A DNA stretch of 64,000 nt from a virus: positions 1 to 64,000 of IMG/VR virus record IMGVR_UViG_3300036831_000067; one strand, 5' to 3'. The notes beneath the pieces were generated by a model. That model was not told the DNA's origin. It ran no database searches and saw only the letters and a list, made by a program, of their open reading frames with translations. Numbering within the stretch: the stretch's first letter is position 1; each line of letters starts with the position of its first letter. The translations under genes were made by a program, and so were the position numbers. Shown here one piece after another: positions 44,829 through 53,623 of the stretch.

Positions 44829-46619
44829 ATGCCGATCAATTATCCCAGTGGCAACGACATCTTCACGGTTCCATCGGACCCCGCTGACACCCCGCTCTCC
44901 TCGGCCGGTGACGGCACCCGCAACCTGGTCGAGTCGATCCAGGACATCGGAGGGGCGACCACGGCCCTGGAGATACTGGCGGCCGTCAAGACCCACGCCC
45001 ATGCCGGTAGCACCGACGGAACCCATCAACTTCTTCAGGCCAATACGCACGTCAACGCCGACACCGATGTGTCACCGACATCGATCCACCACACTCTCGG
45101 GACGTCGGGGGATCAGGCGGCACCGGGCAATCACCTCCACGACTACAACGATCTGGTTGACCGGCCGCTGGTCATCTGCACCTCGACCACCCGGCCGACG
45201 AGCCCGTTTCTGGGGCAGATGATCTGGGAGGTCGACAAGAACCGGTTCCGGATCTGGTCACAGTTCTCGGGCAGCGACGTCGCGCAGGTGGGCCTGGTCG
45301 CCACCATCCCCTTCAACCAGACCAACACCCTCAGCCTGGGCACCGGCTGGAACCAGGTCTACTACCCGATCGACGCCACGCTGAACCCTGTCGGGACGGC
45401 CGGTGGGCTGATGGCGGTTCCGGACGGGGCCAATGCCCAATGGGTGTTCGACTACGCGCCCTACGGCGCCGGGGGCAAGGATCTGGTGTGGCCGCCGACC
45501 GGTTGGCCGTGGCCCTACGTCCAGGGCCGCTGCCGTGCACAGCGGACCAACACCGTCGATCGCCATACGCTGACCGATGACCAGTCCCTGACCTGGGTGG
45601 CCGGGCCGACCGTGATGCCGGGCGACAATGCATGGCCGCCCAACCCGTCGGCCAACGATTGCTATCTGCGGATGTCAGATGACGGCCAGTCCTACATCCG
45701 GGTGTCATACAGTTTTGTGCCCGGAATCGTGCTCAGGTTCTGGGTCCTCACCATTCAGCTCGGGTATCCCTTTTACCCCCCAACCGAGACGGTCATGGTG
45801 TACTACACCACCAGCGGGATCGAGAATGAGCAACTGCTGGGAACGGTGCAGGTACCCAATTTCGATCCCTGGTCGACTTATCAGGTGGATATTTCCGGGC
45901 GCACGCTGCTTTTCTACAACGACTCGAATTACATCGGGCGAATCACCGACACCCAAAACGTCACCGCGATGGGCTCCAACAACCGTGGGTGGGGGATAGG
46001 CATGACGGTGGGCCGGGACCCGAGCTGGGCTGATACGGTGGCGTGTCACCCTACCCTGGTGCACAGCGTCACGATCCGCGACATCGTCTACTACACCGGT
46101 TCCCCGGTCTGGCAGATCCTGCCCGTCGGGCTGGTGCCCATCGTGCGCCTGCAGCAGACCATTCCCCAGACGCTGGATCACGCCGGGTCGATCATCGAGT
46201 GGAACACCGCCGTCGAGGACAACTTCGGGTTCTTCAACAAGGCCGCTTCGACAACCGACCTCGTGGTCGCCGACGGGTGCGCGGGTTTGTACGATGTCGA
46301 GGCCACCCTGCAGATGGGCACCGACTTCTACCCCGACTCGGGCACCGTCGTCTTCCTGCTCAATGGCCTGGCCACCGACGTGCGCCAGCAGGCGTCGACG
46401 CCGGGGTACGGATCAGGCTCCAAGGGCCAGAACACCAAGGGGGGCGCCCAGAGCATCACCGTCCCGGTGTCGGGCAAGCTGCGGCTGGCCGACGGGGACG
46501 TTCTGCAGGTCCAGGTCTACTACACCTCGGCGCAAAGCGAGTGGGACCAGATCGTCTCCTACTCGGATCCGGCCGCCAACATTGTGTCGACTCTCAAGAT
46601 CAAGTTCCTCTCACCGTAG
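44829..46619 (+). CDS. Minor tail / neck fibre protein
   Basis: HHTLG...QAAPGNH.H fibre motif; CTSTTRP.SPF.GQMIWE.D; C-terminal beta-sandwich. Confidence 0.75.
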   Translation: MPINYPSGNDIFTVPSDPADTPLSSAGDGTRNLVESIQDIGGATTALEILAAVKTHAHAGSTDGTHQLLQANTHVNADTDVSPTSIHHTLGTSGDQAAPGNHLHDYNDLVDRPLVICTSTTRPTSPFLGQMIWEVDKNRFRIWSQFSGSDVAQVGLVATIPFNQTNTLSLGTGWNQVYYPIDATLNPVGTAGGLMAVPDGANAQWVFDYAPYGAGGKDLVWPPTGWPWPYVQGRCRAQRTNTVDRHTLTDDQSLTWVAGPTVMPGDNAWPPNPSANDCYLRMSDDGQSYIRVSYSFVPGIVLRFWVLTIQLGYPFYPPTETVMVYYTTSGIENEQLLGTVQVPNFDPWSTYQVDISGRTLLFYNDSNYIGRITDTQNVTAMGSNNRGWGIGMTVGRDPSWADTVACHPTLVHSVTIRDIVYYTGSPVWQILPVGLVPIVRLQQTIPQTLDHAGSIIEWNTAVEDNFGFFNKAASTTDLVVADGCAGLYDVEATLQMGTDFYPDSGTVVFLLNGLATDVRQQASTPGYGSGSKGQNTKGGAQSITVPVSGKLRLADGDVLQVQVYYTSAQSEWDQIVSYSDPAANIVSTLKIKFLSP

Positions 46620-46621
46620 CC

Positions 46622-47614
46622 ATGGTCAACTACCCCAGCGGGATATCCACCTACACCCCGAAGATCGCCGACTCCGCGCTGGTGCGCCGGTTCGTTGCGC
46701 TCGGCGGGCGCGGCTACGTGGCGCTCACGATCTGGGATGGTTCCACGGCGATCGATCCCGACGCGGGCAGCATGAACCTGCAGGTGTGGTTCGACGACGT
46801 CATCACTCCCCCGCCGACCGGTGACGATCCTCGCGGTACCCGGGTTATCGATGCCAGTGCCGATCAGATCAGCCGTGACGACATCGGGCGCTACCACTAC
46901 GACATCGGACCGCAGTACACCGGCAATCGGGGCGTACTCACTGCGCAGTGGACCTACAACGTGAACGGGACCACGTTCACCTTCACCGACTATCTGCAGA
47001 TCCTTGACCAGATGCCGCTCTACGAGAGCCTCAACGACTCCGAGCGCCTGCTGGTGGAGCAGGTCAGTTGGATGATCGGGGATTTCTACGACTCCACCGA
47101 CGGCGGCCCGCACCTCATCGACGAGTTCCAGACCCACTTCGACTACGAGCGTCTGGCCGAGTTGGCCGTGATCGCCACCCAGCGCTTCAACGTGATCGGC
47201 TACCCGTTGACCAGTTACGGCTTCGGGTACGGCGCCAACAATCCTCCGTCGGAGTTCTCGGGACTCATACTGCTGGGCACCTACCTGGAGGTGGTGCGTC
47301 ACCTTCGCGACTCCTACGTCGAGATCCCGAATTTCGTGGGGATGAACGTCACCTACACGGACAGAAGGGATTACTTCAACCGCTGGTCGCAGGTGTTCAG
47401 CTCGGAGTGGCCGGACTACAAGCAGATGGTGATGCGGGCCAAGTACAAGCTGCTGAACCTGGGCCGGGGATCGATCCTGCTGGCCGGTGGGATTTTCGGC
47501 AGCACCTCGGGCCGGGGACTGTTCCTGTTCAGTCCGTACAACGCTTGGACCAGGGCTTTCCGGTTTTATCCCGCTGCTCCGGCGATCTCATTCCCGGCCA
47601 CCCGGATCCCGTAG
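46622..47614 (+). CDS. Head-to-tail adaptor (putative)
   Basis: Synteny; Ig-like N-half and helical C-half (DRRDYFNRW). Confidence 0.65.
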   Translation: MVNYPSGISTYTPKIADSALVRRFVALGGRGYVALTIWDGSTAIDPDAGSMNLQVWFDDVITPPPTGDDPRGTRVIDASADQISRDDIGRYHYDIGPQYTGNRGVLTAQWTYNVNGTTFTFTDYLQILDQMPLYESLNDSERLLVEQVSWMIGDFYDSTDGGPHLIDEFQTHFDYERLAELAVIATQRFNVIGYPLTSYGFGYGANNPPSEFSGLILLGTYLEVVRHLRDSYVEIPNFVGMNVTYTDRRDYFNRWSQVFSSEWPDYKQMVMRAKYKLLNLGRGSILLAGGIFGSTSGRGLFLFSPYNAWTRAFRFYPAAPAISFPATRIP

Positions 47615-47624
47615 CTGGTCAGCT

Positions 47625-48485
47625 GTGCCCATCATCAAGCTCCCGGAGCCTTACTCGGTCACCTTGGCCCGGCACTCGGTGAACGACTCGCTGATGGCCC
47701 ACGGTGAGGAATGCGTGCTGCTATCCACCTATCACCCCAGCGACGGCGACGGGATGACCTGTCCCAACTGCTCCGACGACATCTACGACAGCGGATCCAA
47801 CACCTGCACTTATTGCTTCGGCACCGGCTACTCCGGTGGGGTGCGCTACGCCCGGCGGGTATGGGGGCTGTTCAGCGATCACCGCGCCGACGAGAATTAC
47901 TCGGCGCGCGGCACCTGGGCGCCCGACGCCCGGGAGTTTCAGACCGAGGCCTTCCCGCTGCTGCTGGAGCACGACTTCGTGGTACGGGTGCGCCACTGGG
48001 ACACCAATCACATCCCCTTGGAGTTGGAGGGCTACTACGGCATCGGCCAGGTCATTCGCAACAGCCTGCGTACCGGCAACCGGTTCGGCCAGTTCTACTG
48101 GGACGTGGTGGGCCAGCGGGCCTCGATCACCAAGCTGCAGACCAACGACGCCATCTGCAATTACCCGGTGCTCGGCGTGGCCTTCCCCGACATCGGCGTC
48201 GGCGGCGTATCTACGGTGCTGCCGCCCGTGGTGGCCCCGGACACAAAGGTGATCTACTACACGCCGCCGACCAACGAATACAGCGTGGTCATCGGAGATG
48301 GCACCACATCGGTCTACCCGGTGGTCCACCACCTCGGCACCACGTCGGTCGTCGTCGCGGTCTACGAGGTATCCACCGGCGAGTTGGTCGACGTCGACAC
48401 CTTCGTCACCGACGCCAACACGGTCACGTTCCGGTTCGGGGTCGCCCCGGCCCCGGGCTCCTGTCGAGTGGTTATCCGAGGTTGA
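47625..48485 (+). CDS. Head closure / neck protein with Zn finger (putative)
   Basis: CPNC...CTYCFGTGYSGG; synteny. Confidence 0.65.
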   Translation: MPIIKLPEPYSVTLARHSVNDSLMAHGEECVLLSTYHPSDGDGMTCPNCSDDIYDSGSNTCTYCFGTGYSGGVRYARRVWGLFSDHRADENYSARGTWAPDAREFQTEAFPLLLEHDFVVRVRHWDTNHIPLELEGYYGIGQVIRNSLRTGNRFGQFYWDVVGQRASITKLQTNDAICNYPVLGVAFPDIGVGGVSTVLPPVVAPDTKVIYYTPPTNEYSVVIGDGTTSVYPVVHHLGTTSVVVAVYEVSTGELVDVDTFVTDANTVTFRFGVAPAPGSCRVVIRG

Positions 48486-48486
48486 T

Positions 48487-48951
48487 ATGAAAATTCCCGT
48501 CCCCCACCGGATCTGTCGAATCGTGTCCGAGCGAGCGGCCAAGAACGCGCGCGAGGATGTGCGCAGTATGGGCTGGTCCGACAAGTCGATGGAAGCTCTG
48601 GTTCCGCTGGAGTCCGAGGAGAACGGGTTGGTCGGGATCCGCTCCAAGCAGAAGTACCTCATGTATCAGGAGCGCGGCATCAAACCGTTCCTGATGACCT
48701 GGGTGCAGGGGCGCGTCATCCCGATGGGCTGCAAGCAGGGCGACGGTCCGCACTTCGTCACCGGTGGTCACGTCGGGGAGCCCGGCTACGTCAACATCCC
48801 CCATGTCGGCCGGGTCTACCGTGAGCAGCGCTGGCGCCATCCCGGCATCCGGCCCAAGCACTTCATGCAGAGCGCCCTGGACAAGGCCATCAAGCAATCA
48901 CAGCCAGAGATCAAACAGGAACTCCTGCGAATGATGAGAGGAAATCGCTGA
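48487..48951 (+). CDS. Neck / tail completion protein (putative)
   Basis: YLMYQERGIKPF...HPGIRPKHFMQSAL, an HK97 gp10-like ending. Confidence 0.65.
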   Translation: MKIPVPHRICRIVSERAAKNAREDVRSMGWSDKSMEALVPLESEENGLVGIRSKQKYLMYQERGIKPFLMTWVQGRVIPMGCKQGDGPHFVTGGHVGEPGYVNIPHVGRVYREQRWRHPGIRPKHFMQSALDKAIKQSQPEIKQELLRMMRGNR

Positions 48952-49802
48952 TGAGCACCCCGACCGAGCCGCCCGGTAGCACCGATCCTGGGGGCACTGG
49001 CCCCTACGGCCCCACTGCCTTCTGGTCCGACGAGCACCCTCCTGTTGATCTGCTCACCCAGGTCAACGACACCCTGCCCGGGTCCACCCCGGGAGGGCTC
49101 ATCGAGGCGGTCAAGCGCGCGGTGGTCACCGGCCTGCGCGATGCCGTCACCACTGCCGACCTGCAGGTCAACGGCAGCGGGATCTCCATCGATCTGGAGT
49201 ATCCCCTCGAAGAGGAGCGCTACCCGGGCATCTGGGTGCAGTTCTCCATCACCAAATTCACCCGGGCCGGGATCGGCCAGGAGGTGGCCTACCAGGACCC
49301 CAACACCGGGACCTGGACGCCCATTCAGACGTTCACCTTCAGCGGGCGCGTGACGCTGTCGATCGTGGCGCTGACCAACAAGGACCGCGACCAGCTCGCC
49401 GATTCCGTCATCGCGATGCTGGCCTTCACCCGGACCCCGGAAGTCTGGGTCACCCAGCCTTCCCAGGACACCAAGCAGTACCGGGGGCTGCTCGCCTCAC
49501 TGGACAACAATCCCTTCGTCTCGCTGACGCTGAACACCGACGTCATCAACTGCGGTGGTCAGGGTGTTGAGGTGGGGGTGCCCTGGCAACCGGACAAACT
49601 GGCCTACACCGACAACTACTCGTTTGACCTGCTCGGGCAGACCCAGATCCGGTTCATGCACGACGGCGCTTACACGCTGTCCAACGTGAACTACGTGCCC
49701 ATCGTGGTTACTTCGGTTCCCGAACAGGATGTGTTCCCGATTCCGGTCACCTATCCGCCGATCGGCCGGGGCGTTTCCGAGGAGACCCTGCGGACGCTGT
49801 GA
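48951..49802 (+). CDS. Tail terminator (putative)
   Basis: Directly precedes the sheath; EYP....YPGIWV motif. Confidence 0.65.
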   Translation: MSTPTEPPGSTDPGGTGPYGPTAFWSDEHPPVDLLTQVNDTLPGSTPGGLIEAVKRAVVTGLRDAVTTADLQVNGSGISIDLEYPLEEERYPGIWVQFSITKFTRAGIGQEVAYQDPNTGTWTPIQTFTFSGRVTLSIVALTNKDRDQLADSVIAMLAFTRTPEVWVTQPSQDTKQYRGLLASLDNNPFVSLTLNTDVINCGGQGVEVGVPWQPDKLAYTDNYSFDLLGQTQIRFMHDGAYTLSNVNYVPIVVTSVPEQDVFPIPVTYPPIGRGVSEETLRTL

Positions 49803-49828
49803 AATAACCTTCCGCGCGACAGAAAGGG
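49797..49828 (+). promoter_or_regulatory. Late-class motif CTGT-N23-AAGGG
   Basis: CTGTGA...AGAAAGGGG before the sheath gene. Confidence 0.7.
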
Positions 49829-49858
49829 GGAGAGAGGTCCTTTGCGCAGGGAGGCTTC

Positions 49859-51448
49859 ATGACCACTCCGGTTATCACCGCCCCATCCTCGGTGATCGAC
49901 TTCTCCACCTACAAACCCCCAGGTGTGTACGTCAATCCCGTCCCGGGACCGCAGCTGGCCGTTGCCTCTTCGCTGCCCACGGCGGTCGGGTTGTTCGGGA
50001 TGTCGGTGGGTTATCGCCAGTACATCGAGAGCCTGGTCATCAACCCTGACACGAACTCGACCACCCCGGCCATCAACCGGACCCTGTCCAACCAGGGCAT
50101 CCACACCTCGACGATCAAGGTCACCAACCCCAACAGCGGGGCGCAGTACGCACTGGGCACCGACTACACCGTGGTCAATGTCGGCGGTACCACCGGTACC
50201 AGCAATGCCCTGTACACCATCAGCCGGGTGATCGACGGCGGGCACATCACCCAGGGCTCGACCGTGCAGGTCAGCTATCAGTTCACCAACCCCGCCTACT
50301 TCAACCCCACACTGTTCTACACCTACCGCGACATCGTCACGGCCTACGGAGTGCCCTACAACCTGACCACCGGCGCCATTCAGTCCGAGCTGACTCTGGC
50401 TGCCCAGTTCGCCATTCTCAACGGGGCCTATCGGCTCGTCTGCGCCGCCGTGAACCCCGTCACCCCGGGTGCCCCTACCGTTGGCGACTACAACAATGCC
50501 CTGGCCAATCTCGCCAACAACGGCCTGGTCGCGATCGTGGTCTGCTGCAACGGGAGCATGCAGCCGATCCAGCAGCTGGTGCAGGAACACGTCGATCAAC
50601 AGAGCAGGTTCCGCTTCGAGCGCCGAGCCATCCTGGGCATGGACGGGACCGGCACGCCGGTGCCCTCCACCCAGCGCATCAACAACGCCATGGAGCTTTC
50701 CGACCAGCGTGTGATGCTGCTGAGCCCGGCCAGCTTCACCTACTTCTCCACCGAGATCAACCAGACCGTGACGGTGGGTGGGCAGTACATGGCCGCCAGC
50801 CTGGCGGGCATGGCGACCAACATGAGCTGGGCACAGCCGCTCACTCATAAGCTGCCGACCGGCTGGATCGACGTGCCCGAGGTCGAGCCCGAGTCCCAGA
50901 AGGACCTCGAAACCGAGAACGGGCTGTGCGTGATCGAGAAGACCCGGCGCCTGCAGATCTGGGTCCGCCACGGGGTGACCACCGACAACATCGACATGGA
51001 ACACCGTGAATGGTCGATTATCGGTCAGCAAGATGCAATGGTATATCGTTTGCGGGACTATCTTGAGAACGCAAATTTGATTGGCCAGCCGATATACGAT
51101 TACACACTGGTAAATGTCAAGTCATCTGCTGAAGCTGCACTTCAGAGCCTTATTCGTGATGGACTATTGGTCGATTACTACGGGTTGGAAGCGCGCCAGC
51201 TATTGACCAATCCGGACGTAATTGAAGTTAGCTACAGTTGGCTTCCGGCATTTCCCTTGAATTATATTGTCGTGACGTTCAATATCAGCCTCACCTCCGG
51301 CAACCTGACTCAGCAGGGCAGCACCGCCAACATCGCCAACACCACCAACTCGTCGGTGTCGAGGACGGCGGGTCTGATCACTGCCCCGGCCAGCTCCTCG
51401 ATCACCGACTTCGGTGGTCCGGCCAACACATTGCAGAGCACCGTTTAA
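49859..51448 (+). CDS. Tail sheath protein
   Basis: YKPPGVYV N-terminus; C-terminal P.FPLNYIVVTFNI. Confidence 0.92.
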   Translation: MTTPVITAPSSVIDFSTYKPPGVYVNPVPGPQLAVASSLPTAVGLFGMSVGYRQYIESLVINPDTNSTTPAINRTLSNQGIHTSTIKVTNPNSGAQYALGTDYTVVNVGGTTGTSNALYTISRVIDGGHITQGSTVQVSYQFTNPAYFNPTLFYTYRDIVTAYGVPYNLTTGAIQSELTLAAQFAILNGAYRLVCAAVNPVTPGAPTVGDYNNALANLANNGLVAIVVCCNGSMQPIQQLVQEHVDQQSRFRFERRAILGMDGTGTPVPSTQRINNAMELSDQRVMLLSPASFTYFSTEINQTVTVGGQYMAASLAGMATNMSWAQPLTHKLPTGWIDVPEVEPESQKDLETENGLCVIEKTRRLQIWVRHGVTTDNIDMEHREWSIIGQQDAMVYRLRDYLENANLIGQPIYDYTLVNVKSSAEAALQSLIRDGLLVDYYGLEARQLLTNPDVIEVSYSWLPAFPLNYIVVTFNISLTSGNLTQQGSTANIANTTNSSVSRTAGLITAPASSSITDFGGPANTLQSTV

Positions 51449-51467
51449 GGCACTGGGAGGAAACGGA

Positions 51468-51938
51468 ATGGCGCCTACCGTAACCCGCGTCGGCGGTAGC
51501 GGGTTCACTACGATGATGTACAACGGCCAGCGCATGGCCTACTTGCAGATCATCAACGACACCCAACCCACCCCGGTGGCCCAGGCCGTGGCCGTGCAAC
51601 CTATCGACGAGCCCGTGCCCCTGGAGATCGTCACCGCGCAGGCCGTTGGCGTTGGTACAATGCGTGGTACATTCTACGAGTTGTGGAACGCCCCGGTCTG
51701 GGCCGACTTGCCGGGACTGCAGGGCACCAACACTCTGCTCGACATACTGCAACGGCAGACCGGTCTGGGTGCCGTCACCCTGCAGAAGGTCATCAAGGCG
51801 CCGCAGGGCATCATGCGTGCCCTGGTCTATCACGCCACCAGCATCACTGACGTCGACGCCGGGGAGAACATCAACATCTCCACCATGACGTTGCCGAAGA
51901 CCATCACCTGGCAGTACTGCTATTCGTCGAACGTCTGA
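51468..51938 (+). CDS. Tail tube protein
   Basis: Follows the sheath; 156 aa; beta-rich. Confidence 0.85.
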   Translation: MAPTVTRVGGSGFTTMMYNGQRMAYLQIINDTQPTPVAQAVAVQPIDEPVPLEIVTAQAVGVGTMRGTFYELWNAPVWADLPGLQGTNTLLDILQRQTGLGAVTLQKVIKAPQGIMRALVYHATSITDVDAGENINISTMTLPKTITWQYCYSSNV

Positions 51939-51962
51939 CCAACAGGTAAAAGGAGAACACAC

Positions 51963-52187
51963 ATGTTGTCTGCCCTCAGTAACGTACGCAAGGCGATCGT
52001 CGCCGCGATCGGTGTCATCCTCTCGGGCCTTACCTTCACCCACAACCTCGACCCGATCCTGAACTGGATTCCGGGCGGCTCCAAGGTCGAGGCCGTGGTG
52101 GGAATCCTGATCGTCATCCTCACCCCGATCGTTACCTGGTGGACGCCGAACGCTCCGGCGTCGTCATCGACGCCCGCAGGTACCTGA
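51963..52187 (+). CDS. Holin-like two-TM membrane protein
   Basis: RKAIVAAIGVIL...VVGILIVILTPIVTWWTPN. Confidence 0.7.
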   Translation: MLSALSNVRKAIVAAIGVILSGLTFTHNLDPILNWIPGGSKVEAVVGILIVILTPIVTWWTPNAPASSSTPAGT

Positions 52188-52549
52188 TGCGCCCGATCCT
52201 GCGCCAGGCCGAGCAGTACGGCCTGGGCACTCCGTTGCCCGACCCCCGTGTCGCCGAGCACGAGGTGAGTGATCTATTGAGGGCCCCGGGGATTCCGCGC
52301 GGGTCACTGAACCGTCGCGCCGTCGGTCCTACTCTCAAGCCGCCGGTCATCCCCGACATCACGGCCCCCAACGCCCGCTCTACGCCCTCTGGTGACCCGA
52401 ACATGAACCCCCGGCGCCTGGACACCCAGGAGGCGCCGAAAGTGGATGCCGGGCCGCCCCACAAGCTCACACCGATGCCGCAGATAGCACGCCGGGATTA
52501 CCGCACCGGCGACGGTGACTATGTCGCGTACTACCCTCCCGGATTCTGA
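52187..52549 (+). CDS. Pro-rich hypothetical protein
   Basis: TGATG overlap start. Confidence 0.65.
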   Translation: MRPILRQAEQYGLGTPLPDPRVAEHEVSDLLRAPGIPRGSLNRRAVGPTLKPPVIPDITAPNARSTPSGDPNMNPRRLDTQEAPKVDAGPPHKLTPMPQIARRDYRTGDGDYVAYYPPGF

Positions 52550-52562
52550 GAAGGACTGATCT

Positions 52563-53258
52563 ATGGCCGGACGACGCCTGACCCCCGATCCCTCCGTGGT
52601 GCAGTCGGTGACCGAGATCGTCGACCCCACCCTGGCCCAGCCGATGGCGGGAATGGCCCAGCCGGGTGTGGTCACTCCGACGGCGGCGATGATCCCGCCG
52701 GGGATGGTGCGGGCCCAGCAGGAGGCGGGACAGGCCCGGGTCGCGGCCTTCTCGGAGTTCGAGCAGGCCGACCAGCCGTTCGCCACCTTTCATGGTGACG
52801 AGGATCAGTCACAAGGCGGGTCTGCACCCGCGCCGCCCGCTCCGGAGGTGGTGACGGAGCTGGATCCCCAGGAACGCCTTGATTTGTCCATGCTGATGAC
52901 GATCGGGCGCCGGGTTAAGAAGATCGACGTGTTCAACCACCCGGTGGTCATCGAGAGCTTGACGGTGGGCGATGACCAGCAGATCGGCCTGTATTGCAAG
53001 GAGTACCAAGGAGCCCCTCCAGCCGATTCGCGCTCCTATCAGATCGCGGTGTGTGCCTGTGGGATTCGCAGCGTCGACGGGGTGCCGCTGTATCAGCCCC
53101 TCTCGACCGAGGAGAGTCCCGGGGCGATCTTTCGCATCAAGGCCGACAAGCTGCAGAAGTGGTACCCGGCGACGATCACCGAGATCTATCAGGCAATTCT
53201 GCAGCTGGACAAGGAGTTCGCGGAGTTGGCTGACAAAGTGGGAAAATCCAACGGCTAG
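52563..53258 (+). CDS. Tail assembly chaperone (short form)
   Basis: Lies between tube and tape measure; ends at the slippery site. Confidence 0.85.
   Translation: MAGRRLTPDPSVVQSVTEIVDPTLAQPMAGMAQPGVVTPTAAMIPPGMVRAQQEAGQARVAAFSEFEQADQPFATFHGDEDQSQGGSAPAPPAPEVVTELDPQERLDLSMLMTIGRRVKKIDVFNHPVVIESLTVGDDQQIGLYCKEYQGAPPADSRSYQIAVCACGIRSVDGVPLYQPLSTEESPGAIFRIKADKLQKWYPATITEIYQAILQLDKEFAELADKVGKSNG
53240..53246 (+). other. Programmed -1 frameshift site GGGAAAA
   Basis: G GGA AAA in frame; the -1 frame reads IQRLDALSELEVRL and stays open to 53623. Confidence 0.9.
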
Positions 53259-53623
53259 ACGCATTGTCGGAGTTGGAAGTGCGGCTAGCCTACGAAAAGG
53301 GACATCTCAGCCAGAAGAACCTCAACCCCTTTCAGCACTGGGCGCTGTTGTACTGGCTCTACCTGAACCGGCGCACCGAGGTCGAGGACATCCAGGCCGA
53401 ACTGATCCAGCAGACCTACAACCTGTTCCCCGAACGCTGGGGCGATCTGTACCGCTCTCACGTGCTCAACGAGCTTGGCATCGCCGACGAGGCGGCGGAG
53501 GACGTCGTGGTTGACGACCTCGACGAACTCAACAAGTTCTACGAGCAGATGGAAAAGAAGCAGTGGATCCGGGGCGGTAACCTGCCGGATGCCTTCACGC
53601 CGCAACGGGGCGTACGCGTATGA
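53246..53623 (+). CDS. Tail assembly chaperone, frameshifted extension
   Basis: Open -1 frame with no good RBS of its own. Confidence 0.85.
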   Translation: MQRLDALSELEVRLAYEKGHLSQKNLNPFQHWALLYWLYLNRRTEVEDIQAELIQQTYNLFPERWGDLYRSHVLNELGIADEAAEDVVVDDLDELNKFYEQMEKKQWIRGGNLPDAFTPQRGVRV

